Made by a program: the position numbers and the translations under genes. A DNA stretch of 64,000 bases. Source: Candidatus Latescibacterota bacterium (GTDB taxonomy: Bacteria > Latescibacterota > UBA2968 > GCA-2709665). The DNA lies in NCBI GenBank assembly GCA_965248435.1, contig OZ252100.1, positions 1,728,001-1,792,000 of the forward strand, in the 5' to 3' direction. Shown here one piece after another: positions 29,388 through 38,974 of the stretch; the first letter of the stretch is position 1, and every line of letters starts with the position of its first letter. The notes below the pieces were generated by a model, which was not told the origin of the DNA, searched no databases, and saw only the letters and a program-made list of their open reading frames with translations.

Positions 29388-30158
29388 ATGTCGTTCACTA
29401 AGGAGCAAATCCTGAATCATTACCGCTCCGAGGTTGAACAGCATGGGCTTGATGGCACAATTACCATTAAAGACGATCGGACCCGACGCCTGGAGGTAGA
29501 AGCCCTCTCTTCGTATATCCGAAATGGATATCGGGTCCTGGAAACTGGGTGCGGAAACGGATATGTTGCCCAAATGATCGTGGAGAAGTTTGAAGTAGAA
29601 CTCGATGGAATAGACTTTTCTCCGGAAATGATCGAACTAGCCCAAAAAAGGGAATTGAGGCAGGCCAGAGGACGCGTCAAGTTTACTCTGCAGGACATTC
29701 TGACCTTCGATTCGGTAGAGGAATATGATCTCGCAATCACCGAGAGGTGTTTGCAAAATCTGGTCTCCTGGGAAGATCAGAAAACTGCACTGGGCAACAT
29801 TGTGCGTTCTCTTAAACCCGGGGGGTATTTTGTTCTCTTGGAGTCGTTCTGGACAGGTCTGAACAACCTGAATGAAGCCCGGAGTGATCTGGACTTGCCT
29901 CCTATCGAGCCTCAATGGCACAACCTATTCTTTGATGAAGAGGAAACAAAGATTTATATGTCGGATTTGGGGTGTTCATATATCGACCAGAATCCCTTCC
30001 TGAGTGGGTATTATTTTGGATCCCGTGTTATGCTACCTGCCTTAATTCCAAAAGGCAAACCTGTATCTTCGAAAACAGTACTGAATGACTACTTCTGTAG
30101 TTTCCCCCCCTCCGGGGATTTCTGTCCGATGAAGATTTTGAGATTCGTCAAGAACTGA
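29388..30158 (+). CDS. Class I SAM-dependent methyltransferase
   Basis: RBS TAAGGAG; VLETGCGNG, GIDFS, ERCLQNL, LKPGG. Confidence 0.88.
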   Translation: MSFTKEQILNHYRSEVEQHGLDGTITIKDDRTRRLEVEALSSYIRNGYRVLETGCGNGYVAQMIVEKFEVELDGIDFSPEMIELAQKRELRQARGRVKFTLQDILTFDSVEEYDLAITERCLQNLVSWEDQKTALGNIVRSLKPGGYFVLLESFWTGLNNLNEARSDLDLPPIEPQWHNLFFDEEETKIYMSDLGCSYIDQNPFLSGYYFGSRVMLPALIPKGKPVSSKTVLNDYFCSFPPSGDFCPMKILRFVKN

Positions 30159-30180
30159 TCTTGTGACTAGGATCCCGAAA

Positions 30181-31291
30181 ATGGCAGAGGCTTCTCTTCT
30201 TGAATACTACCAGCAGAATAGTTTTAACCCTGTTCCTATTCCCCTGGAAGATCGGATTGCCTGGAAATCTCACTTTGAAAAGCGTCTAAACCTTTACGTA
30301 AGGCACCTGGGAATTCCGGTTTCTCTATTGCAGAATCGCTCTGTGCTCGAATTCGGTTGCAGAAGGGCGAATTGTCGAGTTGTCACAAGAAGATGTCGAG
30401 AGCTTTGAATCTCAAACTCTTTACGACGTCGTACTTGCCGAAGGGTTCCTGTTCACGTTGCCGACTCGGGCTGAGCTCATTCAAAAAATTTGCGCTTTGC
30501 TGAAACCAGGTGGCCTAGCTGTCATTTCATTCATCGACCGATACGGCTGCCTGCTTGAAATCACGCGAAAATTGATCCTGCACCGAGCGTGTCAACTAGC
30601 AGCGGTCGACGATCCTCACAGCAAAGCGTCCCTGGAAATCGCTAAGCAACTTTATGGGCAGGATTTCTCAAGAATAAGTGTTTCCCGGCCCTTTGAGGCG
30701 TGGTGGAAAGATTCTCTGGTAAACCCGCTGTTTTGCTCGCCATATCTTTGGAGTTATGAAGATCTTCTCCCTCTAGTGGAGGAGGTTGGTTGTGAGTTCT
30801 ATTCTTCTTCCCCCCAGTGGAATTCCACTGATCACTTTTCCTGGTACAAGCAAACTTCCGAAACAAACATTCGGCACCAACACCCCCTGAAAGATTGGGC
30901 CCGAGTTTTTCCCTACTTCATTACAGGAATTCGTCCCTTAAACAATATCGCCGTGCCTCCAACGCCTGAAGTGCTGAACTCAGTCTTTGAATTGACGACC
31001 CAGATTTCAGAATATGTTGCGACGTTCGGTGCGCAAATAGATTCAGTCATATATCCGCATTCACTGGAAATGTATCTCAACAAAAGCCAGGACCCAAGAG
31101 TCGTGCGCTTCAATTCAGAAATGAAGAATCTGTATGCGGCATCAAGATCAGACAAACTGGAAGACTTGGTTTCCGCCTATCATGAGTCGGGAGTTCTGAG
31201 AAATCTATGGGGGACACACTATCACTACATTTGCTTCAGCAAGCAGTTTAACTCCACTGTCGAGCCAAGGTCGGTCTTGCTCCCCACTTGA
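30181..31291 (+). pseudogene. Methyltransferase broken by deletion/frameshift at ~30360
   Basis: 5' ORF reaches motif I (RSVLEFGC) then runs out of frame; 3' ORF continues EDVESFE..YDVVLAEG..LKPGG. Confidence 0.75.
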
Positions 31292-31321
31292 TCTTGATTC
31301 TCCCTTCTGGAAAGAACAAAA

Positions 31322-32176
31322 ATGAAACCTTCGATATCCATCATCATTCCGGCCCTGAACGAAGAAGATTGCCTGGCGGATAGCTTGGAAATGGCCGTGG
31401 GCGCTGCTACCAACAAAGGTCTGGATTACGAAATTCTAATCTACAACGATGGGAGTGAAGACAAAACGGGGTTGATCGCCGACCATTTTGCTTCTCAAAA
31501 CCCTCGCATTCAGGTCATACATCATTCCCGGAACATGGGAATAGGCTACAGCTTTCGAAAGGGTGTTGAGTTGGCCGGCAATGAATACATCGGCTGGCTT
31601 CCCGGTGACACGAGCCAAAACGTCCTGCAAGCGGACGTAGAAAACATATTCGATGGCGTCGGGAAGGCAGAAATTGTCCTGACCTATGTCGCGTCAGATC
31701 GCAGGTCCCTATTCAGGCGGATGACCTCGTGGGGATTCATTAGAGCGTTGAATCTGATGTTTCGCCTGAAGATAAAGTACTATAATGGCGCCAACTTCTA
31801 TAAGGGCGAACTGATTAAGAGTGTTACAATGAGCACTGATGACTATGGCGCGCTGAGCGAGGTCTTGATCCGTTTGCTCAAATCTGGACATAGCTATGTC
31901 CAAGTAGGCATGGACAACCGGGATGTCTGTCAGAATTCAAAGGCGTTTCAAATGAATCACATCAATCGGGTTATCCATGCTGTATTCAGGTTGTTCTGGG
32001 AAATTCAAATTGCACCAGCTTTTGAACCCATAAGAAGACTTTTTCGGCCCGGTTCAAGGGTTGAAACAGAAGGGGGCAGGCGAGGTCCGCGTGCAGGCCA
32101 TCCTTTGACTGAGAACGATACGCCGATGGAAGTCAATCTAATTCGATACGATTCATCCTCAGTACACACCCAATAG
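31322..32176 (+). CDS. GT2, polyprenyl-phosphate glycosyltransferase (DPM1-like)
   Basis: ISIIIPALNEE, YNDGSEDKT, HHSRNMGIG, PGD. Confidence 0.85.
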   Translation: MKPSISIIIPALNEEDCLADSLEMAVGAATNKGLDYEILIYNDGSEDKTGLIADHFASQNPRIQVIHHSRNMGIGYSFRKGVELAGNEYIGWLPGDTSQNVLQADVENIFDGVGKAEIVLTYVASDRRSLFRRMTSWGFIRALNLMFRLKIKYYNGANFYKGELIKSVTMSTDDYGALSEVLIRLLKSGHSYVQVGMDNRDVCQNSKAFQMNHINRVIHAVFRLFWEIQIAPAFEPIRRLFRPGSRVETEGGRRGPRAGHPLTENDTPMEVNLIRYDSSSVHTQ

Positions 32177-32380
32177 TTCAGAACTCGCTTTTTCTACGAT
32201 CCACTCTGCCATCCCACCTACGCCCTTGCAGACATGCATTTCTTCACTTTCATACTTCAATAGAAGTCAGCTTGTCGTTCCATTTCTACAGTTCTGTAAA
32301 AGAGACATCTATTCTTGGGCAGGCCTCTAGCCCCTCGAAATCAGCACTTATTTGCCCAAGCGAGAATCGGTAAAACCGCG

Positions 32381-34024
32381 ATGTCGAAACCGATCACTGC
32401 AAAGGAAAAACGCAACTTGAAGCAGATTGCATCCCCTCACATCTGCGAGGAGCCATCTTCGGTGCACCACTTCTTGCAACAGCGACCAACGCCTAGGACT
32501 AAGCGCGCAACCATGTTGGCACTCGGGGGTATTCTTTGCGCTTTCATCTTCTATTCATCCGCCGTTCGAGATGGGCACGACTGGGGCGGCGATCATGCCC
32601 AATACATTCTCCACGCCCAGACCCTGCTGCAGGGTGCCAACTATGCTCCTCCCCCCGGATTCGTTTACAACCCATATCTTATGTGGGCACCACTGTCCTA
32701 CCCCCCCCTTTACCCGATCTTCATTGGCGGAGTCCTGGCCTTATTCGGCCTCAATTTCATAGCCCTCAAAATTCAAATAGTCATCCTCCTTTCCCTCGGA
32801 CTCTATGCCTACTGGCGTTTTGCCCGCAACAACCTGCCGGTAAATGTCGCCCTGGGGGCACTGGCCTTTTTGATCTTTTCTCCCTATCTCCTGAAGTTCT
32901 CCAACAAGATACTGTCGGATATTCCCTATCTTTCACTTTCGCTATATGCCATCCTGGCAGGCGAGCGTTTCTTCAAGCCTAAATCTTCTGTCTGGGATGC
33001 TCTTGTATTCTCATTCCTTCTGATATCCGCAATCTGTATGCGGAACGTCGGTTTCTCCCTAATCCTTGCTGTCCCTCTTTATGCCCTCTTCTTCAGACGG
33101 GGTCACCTGATCCGTGCTCTGATCATATCAGGAATAACATTTGCAGCCGTTTCAATCATCTCCTGGAAAATGCTGGAATTTTTCCTCGACCAGTCCAGCC
33201 CGAGTCCCACCCGAATCCTCCTTTGGTTCGCGGGAAACTTATGGCACCACTTTCCGTATCAACTCTCGCGCTGGCTCGCCCTCTATCCCCGTACGGGCTC
33301 AACAACTGCACTCATCTTCAATACGCCCGTCTTGGTATTGTATCTCGGTCTTTGCGTGGTGGGAGTAGTGCACGTGATCAGGGCGCGTGGTGTCAAATAC
33401 TGGGATGTCTACGCCGCAGTTTATGCGGCAACGATTCTTTCCTACGCGTGGGTCGTAAGTCGCTATCTGATTCCTCTGGTACCCCTACTGAGTATCTATG
33501 CCTTTAGCGGACTACGCGTTGTTGCCTTGTTGATCCGGAAGGCAATTCGGTTACCTTTTCGGAAGTCTTATCTGCTTAAAACCATTTATCGTTATCGATT
33601 TCTGTTTCCAGCGCTCCTCTATATCCCTCTCTTCTCCGTCTACTGGACTCACTACGCCCTCCAACCAGCCACACAGGGGGCCAATGTTCTGAAAGATCCC
33701 ACCGTCCGGGACCTCTTTGAAGCTGTTCAGAACCTCGATATTTCAGGAGCCGTTTTCGATCGCCCCAGAGTTCTGACCTTATTTACGAAAGTCCCGGGGA
33801 CCCTCTGCCACAACAAGCGCGGATACTACTGGCATCAAAAGGTTACGTGGGATCTCGCTATGCTGCTAGACCTTGCATCGCAGGGCAATATTTCTCACAT
33901 CATCCTCGACCGTGCGAAATCGGCCACTTGGATAGCCATATCTCCAATCGTTTCTCAACACCCTCAACACTTTAGGCTTTCCTACAGCAACATGGGTTAC
34001 GACATCTATCAAATCCTTCGATAA
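32381..34024 (+). CDS. GT-C fold membrane glycosyltransferase-like protein
   Basis: WGGDHAQY loop, YPPLYP, ILSDIPY, RNVG, RYLIPLVP; many TM segments; start uncertain. Confidence 0.72.
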   Translation: MSKPITAKEKRNLKQIASPHICEEPSSVHHFLQQRPTPRTKRATMLALGGILCAFIFYSSAVRDGHDWGGDHAQYILHAQTLLQGANYAPPPGFVYNPYLMWAPLSYPPLYPIFIGGVLALFGLNFIALKIQIVILLSLGLYAYWRFARNNLPVNVALGALAFLIFSPYLLKFSNKILSDIPYLSLSLYAILAGERFFKPKSSVWDALVFSFLLISAICMRNVGFSLILAVPLYALFFRRGHLIRALIISGITFAAVSIISWKMLEFFLDQSSPSPTRILLWFAGNLWHHFPYQLSRWLALYPRTGSTTALIFNTPVLVLYLGLCVVGVVHVIRARGVKYWDVYAAVYAATILSYAWVVSRYLIPLVPLLSIYAFSGLRVVALLIRKAIRLPFRKSYLLKTIYRYRFLFPALLYIPLFSVYWTHYALQPATQGANVLKDPTVRDLFEAVQNLDISGAVFDRPRVLTLFTKVPGTLCHNKRGYYWHQKVTWDLAMLLDLASQGNISHIILDRAKSATWIAISPIVSQHPQHFRLSYSNMGYDIYQILR

Positions 34025-34075
34025 CAACAGAGATACCGTGAACCGTATGTCTACTTTAATCTTAAAGAATCTGCT

Positions 34076-36025
34076 ATGTGTGGCATCTGCGGCATCCTGA
34101 ATAACGATCCTGCCGAGCCCGTCTCGGAAGACCTCCTCAAGGCTATGTGCAATGTAATCCGCCATCGGGGGCCGGACGATGAAGGCGCCCATATCGACGG
34201 GAACGTCGGTATTGGCGTTCGTCGCCTCAGCGTCATCGACGTCGCGGGAGGCAGGCAGCCCCAAAGGAATGAAGACGGAAGGTGTCACATCGTCTTTAAC
34301 GGCGAAATCTACAACTACGCCGAACTCAGGAGAACGTGCCAGGCGAAAGGGCATCGATTCTCCTCTCGGAGTGACACCGAAACGATTCTTCATCTGTACG
34401 AAGATTTAGGATTGGATTGCACGCTTCCTCTCAACGGCATGTTCGCCTTTGCGATTTACGATAGTCGCAATCAGAGCCTGATGCTTGCAAGAGACCGGCT
34501 TGGAATCAAACCCCTCTACTACGCAGACACCGGCTCCCATTTCGTCTTCGGATCCGAAATCAAGTCGCTTCTGGCTCACCCCCAAGTCTCCAGAGAAATT
34601 GATCCGATCGCACTCGATCAATACTTGGCCTACAAGTATATCCCAGGTCCCCGAACAATCTTCAAATCCGTCAGGCAACTCCCTCCAGGTCACATCCTAA
34701 TTTGGCGGAACGGCCACATCCAAATTCGACCGTACTGGAAGCTTTCATTCGCAAGCAGAGCGAAGGTGACCGAGCGGGAGGCAGCCGAGGAATTGACTGA
34801 ACGCGTGGAACGGGCCGTAAAGATGCAGATGGTCTCCGACGTTCCACTCGGTGTGCTTTTGAGCGGCGGCATCGACTCGAGCCTTATCGCCGCGACGATG
34901 AGCCGTCTGTCGAGCAGCCCGGTTAAAACCTTCGCCATCGGCTTCGAAGAACGGTCCTACAACGAACTCGACGCCGCACGCCAGGTTGCCGACCGGCTCG
35001 GCACAGAACATCACGAACTGGTCGTCCGCCCGAACGTTCACGATCTCTTTGAACAGGTCGTGGGTCACTTCGACGAACCCTTCGGAGATTCTTCAGCCAT
35101 CTTGACATACCTTGTCTCTCGGCTCGCCCGAGAGCGCGTAACCGTCGCCCTCTCAGGGACGGGTGCCGACGAACTCTTCGCCGGTTATGAGCGCTATTGG
35201 GCCACTCCCCTGGCTTCAGCCTATCATAAATTTCCTCGTGGCTTCAGGGAAGCCTTTGAGTGGGGCTTGCGCCGTCTTCCGGATGGTCACAGCAAAAGGG
35301 GTTGGGCGATGCGGGCTTCCCGATTTACGCAATCCGCTTCGGCACATCCCCTCTGTCGTCATCAGAGCCTCATCCGCCTCTTCTCACAGGCTGGCCGTAA
35401 GGCGCTCTACGCACCTGAATGTCTGCACAATCTCCTTCAGGAAGGAGCAGATCCCCTTGACAAACGGTTTGCCGCTTCCGATGCCACCTCAGACCTGAAC
35501 AGACTTCTCGATCTTGATACGGGAACCCTCCTCGCGGACGATTACCTGGTCAAGGACGACAGGATGAGTATGGCTGCATCCCTCGAACTTCGGGTGCCTT
35601 TCCTCGACCATACTCTGGTAGAGTTTGCGGCTTCCCTCCCGCCGAACTTCAAGCTCCGTGGGCTCACGACGAAGTATATCCTGAGAAAGGCAAGTCGAAA
35701 TCTTCTCCCACGTGATGTACTAAGGCGCCCTAAACGGGGATTTGAAATCCCTCTCGCCCACTGGATCGGCGGCGAACTCAGAAATTATACGCAGGACCTG
35801 CTCCTCTCTCCCCAAGCGAAAAGTCGGGGCTACTTCAATCCCAGAGCCGTTGAAGGGCTCATCGAGTCCCACACCTCAGGCCGAAAGAACCACAGTCGAC
35901 AAATCTGGGCACTCATGGTCCTGGAAATGTGGCACCGTGGTCATACAGATGTCCTATCCCTTCCTCAACGTAGTTTACACGATGAACAAACATCTCTAAG
36001 GCGTCGACCCTTTGATGGAGCGTGA
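34076..36025 (+). CDS. asnB: Asparagine synthase (glutamine-hydrolysing) family amidotransferase
   Basis: MCGICG, HRGPD, RRLSVID, FNGEIYNY, RDRLGIKPLYY, LSGGIDSS, DRMSMAASLELRVPFLD. Confidence 0.95.
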   Translation: MCGICGILNNDPAEPVSEDLLKAMCNVIRHRGPDDEGAHIDGNVGIGVRRLSVIDVAGGRQPQRNEDGRCHIVFNGEIYNYAELRRTCQAKGHRFSSRSDTETILHLYEDLGLDCTLPLNGMFAFAIYDSRNQSLMLARDRLGIKPLYYADTGSHFVFGSEIKSLLAHPQVSREIDPIALDQYLAYKYIPGPRTIFKSVRQLPPGHILIWRNGHIQIRPYWKLSFASRAKVTEREAAEELTERVERAVKMQMVSDVPLGVLLSGGIDSSLIAATMSRLSSSPVKTFAIGFEERSYNELDAARQVADRLGTEHHELVVRPNVHDLFEQVVGHFDEPFGDSSAILTYLVSRLARERVTVALSGTGADELFAGYERYWATPLASAYHKFPRGFREAFEWGLRRLPDGHSKRGWAMRASRFTQSASAHPLCRHQSLIRLFSQAGRKALYAPECLHNLLQEGADPLDKRFAASDATSDLNRLLDLDTGTLLADDYLVKDDRMSMAASLELRVPFLDHTLVEFAASLPPNFKLRGLTTKYILRKASRNLLPRDVLRRPKRGFEIPLAHWIGGELRNYTQDLLLSPQAKSRGYFNPRAVEGLIESHTSGRKNHSRQIWALMVLEMWHRGHTDVLSLPQRSLHDEQTSLRRRPFDGA

Positions 36026-36848
36026 ATTGGCTCTTTTGTCCGATCCGACATCAAATACTCTGTCGCAAGGACCAGCACAGTTCTGGGACCAGGAATGGGC
36101 AGACAAATGGCAGGACATGAAGGCGTTCAGCCCGGTTGCTCGACACACTCGCAGGCTGATTCGTAATCTCTTGGGCAGGCTGGCTTATCGATCTCTGGTG
36201 GATATTGGCTGTGGAATCGGGGTCCTCCTTCGTGAACTGAATGCTGACAGGGACTGTGTCGATCTTTGCGGGATAGACTTTTCTGAGGTGGCGATCTCTC
36301 TTGCGGGGCGGCTGACGCCAGCACGGTTCCATTGTGTGGATATCCAGCGGGAGTCTGCTCCGGAAACCTTCGACGTGGGCGTCTGCTCGGAAGTCCTGGA
36401 GCACCTGGAAGACGACGTGTCAGCCCTTCGGAACATCCGAAAAATGTGCCGCTTGCTGGTCGTAACCGTCCCGTCAGGTCCGCTCGGTGCATCGTCGCGC
36501 GCAATCGGACACGTTCGCCACTATACAAAGGATGATCTGGAGAGAAAATTGACGAGTTCGGGTTTTCGGCTTCGTTACTTGAGGGCCTGGGGTACGCCCT
36601 TCCACGATCCCCTTTACGCGTGGATACGAAGTCGGACCTCACAGGGTGTAACAATGGGCACCTACGGCCTGTTTCGTCGGTGCGTCTCCCAGGCACTCTA
36701 CCTGCTCTTCTTCCTGAATCTCTTCGACCGGGGGCATAAGCTCGTCGCGCTGGCCGAGCGCACCCAGGATGCTGGGCCGGGGGATCTGGTCCCCACGCCG
36801 AGCAATGCTGTTTCATCTCAAAACACGCCTACCCGACCCCATTCTTGA
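36015..36848 (+). CDS. Class I SAM-dependent methyltransferase
   Basis: VDIGCGIG, GIDFS, CSEVLEH, VTVP, GHVRHY. Confidence 0.86.
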   Translation: MERELALLSDPTSNTLSQGPAQFWDQEWADKWQDMKAFSPVARHTRRLIRNLLGRLAYRSLVDIGCGIGVLLRELNADRDCVDLCGIDFSEVAISLAGRLTPARFHCVDIQRESAPETFDVGVCSEVLEHLEDDVSALRNIRKMCRLLVVTVPSGPLGASSRAIGHVRHYTKDDLERKLTSSGFRLRYLRAWGTPFHDPLYAWIRSRTSQGVTMGTYGLFRRCVSQALYLLFFLNLFDRGHKLVALAERTQDAGPGDLVPTPSNAVSSQNTPTRPHS

Positions 36849-36930
36849 AGCCTCTGCTAGACCCTCAGCCCTTTCGTCCAAAACAATTCCTATCTCATTT
36901 ATATTCAGGTATTTAATCCAAAAACAGAAC

Positions 36931-36957
36931 TCAACCGACACCCATTCCTGCCGATAG
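36931..36957 (+). promoter_or_regulatory. sigma28 promoter, block E
   Basis: TCAA-N15-GCCGATAG. Confidence 0.68.
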
Positions 36958-36987
36958 TAATCATGGGGATTGGGCTCCGGATTTATC

Positions 36988-37003
36988 TGGTACAACACTT
37001 GCT
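36988..37003 (+). promoter_or_regulatory. sigma54 promoter, block E
   Basis: TGGTACAACACTTGCT (GG-N10-GC); degenerate dyad CCAAAACAATTCC 111 bp upstream (36878-36890) and GGAAAAATATTCC downstream (37140-37152). Confidence 0.75.
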
Positions 37004-37210
37004 CCCTTCTCTGCGTTGAAGGTCCTCTACCCACCATCCCATCTTCACGCCCCAACGACGAATTAAGCCATCCCAATAAATTTCAAATACTTATAGATAC
37101 TTATTCGGGGTATCTCCTTTGGCTCGGAACACCCATATAGGAAAAATATTCCTTCCTGTCTCCTTTATATGCCGGATGCGAGTCCGCCCGCTGCACGCAA
37201 AGGAAAACCC

Positions 37211-38974
37211 GTGATTATCCTCGGAATCGGTTTACAGCACGACGCTGGCGCGGCCCTAATCGCAAACGGCCAGGTCTTGGCCGCGGTCAACGAAGAGCGC
37301 TTGAATCGGAGGAAGCTCTACTGGGGCTGGCCGAAGCTTGCTGTCCAGGAGGTCCTGCGAATCGCAGGCTTCCGCGCCGAAGATGTCGAACTCGTTGCAG
37401 TCGCGAACACGACCCACAGCACATACGCTCCCGAATGGGAAAACCTCTATCCGAGAGATTTCAAGCGGCGCGCACTGATTCGCCTTTCGAGACTGGGCCT
37501 CGCCGGCGTCGTTGGAGGCTCGCAACTAGGCATCTCAGGCTACCGACTGCTCAACAGCAAACGTCTGCGCTATCTTGAAACTCGGCAATTCGAAGAATTC
37601 ATCCGAAAGGCAGGAATCCGAGCAAAGATCGTATATGTCGATCACCACCAAGCGCACCTCTCATCCGCCTACTTCACTTCTGGATGGGACACTTGCCTCG
37701 GCATTTCCCTGGACGGCGTAGGCGACGGTTACTGCTCCCGGATTGCGGTCTGCCGCGGGGGAAGGCTCTACCCGATCCACAAGATCCCTTTCTATCACAC
37801 TCCCGGGCAGTATTACGGCTTTGTGACTGCGTGGGCAGGATTCACGCCTGGAAGGCACGAGGGAAAGATCACCGGACTCGCGGCGCACGGAGATCCTGAC
37901 TCAGCCATCTCTATCTTCCGAGATAGGATCAGCTACGCCGAAGACAGACTCTCCTTCGTAAATCACGGCATGTGGGGCTGGGCCGAGTACGAACACCTTT
38001 CTCGTCTCTTGGAACCATTCGGAAAGGCGGATGTCGCTGCATCCGTGCAGGAGCACCTCGAAGACCTCGTAACGCGATACGTCCGTCAGGCCGTGGAAAA
38101 GACAGGACTGAGGAGAATTGCCCTGTCGGGCGGGATATTCGCGAACGTGAAACTCAATCAGAGAATACGAGAGCTGGAAGGCGTCGAAGATGTGTACATA
38201 CACCCGGGAATGGGAGATGGGGGTCTGGGCGTCGGAAGTGCCCTCGCCGCACAGGCAGATCGCTCTCCCATTTCGCCACAACGCGTCCCTAACGTTTACC
38301 TCGGCACAGATCTACCGTGCAATCAGATCGAAAGAGAACTGAGAGCCTGTCGCCTCCAATATTCCAGGTCTAATAACATTGAGCTGGAGATCGCGAAGCT
38401 GTTGGCAGAGGGTTACGTTGTAGCCCGTGCTAATGGACGGATGGAATATGGTCCGCGTGCACTTGGCAACCGCTCTATTCTCTACCAGGCCACAGATGCG
38501 ACCGTAAATGAATGGCTCAACAAACGTCTAAAACGCACCGAGTTCATGCCGTTTGCTCCTGCAGTCCTTCACGAACGCGTAGGAGACTACTACCAAGGTT
38601 ATCCTTCATCCGAGTATGCTGCCGAGTTCATGACAATGACCTACAACGTTACGGATCGGTGTATGAAAGAAGCTCCAGCGATTGTGCACGTCGATGGCAC
38701 CGCTCGGCCGCAAGTCGTCTCCGAAAGAACAAATCGATCTTTCTACAAAGTGTTAAAGGAATACGAGCGAATTACTGGCCTGCCTCAAATCATCAACACG
38801 AGCTTCAACATGCACGAAGAGCCGATCGTCTGCACGCCCTCAGATGCGATCCGTGCTTTTCGGCTCGGCCACCTCGACTTTCTGGCCCTGGGGCCATACC
38901 TGGCCCGAAATCCGAACCTCCAGAACGAGGCTCACCAGTTTCATAAATCGGAAGTTCTCAGCGGGCAGCCATGA
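37211..38974 (+). CDS. Carbamoyltransferase (NodU/CmcH family)
   Basis: HDAGAAL, EERLNR.K, HHQAH, DGVGD, EGKITGLAA, GRMEYGPRALGNRS, VHVDGTARPQ, NTSFN; alternative ATG at 37169. Confidence 0.94.
   Translation: MIILGIGLQHDAGAALIANGQVLAAVNEERLNRRKLYWGWPKLAVQEVLRIAGFRAEDVELVAVANTTHSTYAPEWENLYPRDFKRRALIRLSRLGLAGVVGGSQLGISGYRLLNSKRLRYLETRQFEEFIRKAGIRAKIVYVDHHQAHLSSAYFTSGWDTCLGISLDGVGDGYCSRIAVCRGGRLYPIHKIPFYHTPGQYYGFVTAWAGFTPGRHEGKITGLAAHGDPDSAISIFRDRISYAEDRLSFVNHGMWGWAEYEHLSRLLEPFGKADVAASVQEHLEDLVTRYVRQAVEKTGLRRIALSGGIFANVKLNQRIRELEGVEDVYIHPGMGDGGLGVGSALAAQADRSPISPQRVPNVYLGTDLPCNQIERELRACRLQYSRSNNIELEIAKLLAEGYVVARANGRMEYGPRALGNRSILYQATDATVNEWLNKRLKRTEFMPFAPAVLHERVGDYYQGYPSSEYAAEFMTMTYNVTDRCMKEAPAIVHVDGTARPQVVSERTNRSFYKVLKEYERITGLPQIINTSFNMHEEPIVCTPSDAIRAFRLGHLDFLALGPYLARNPNLQNEAHQFHKSEVLSGQP

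Noticed and set aside
32317-32332. GG-N10-GC (GGGCAGGCCTCTAGCC) before the GT-C gene at 32381
   Set aside because: Lacks TTGC and has no dyad at -112; too weak to call
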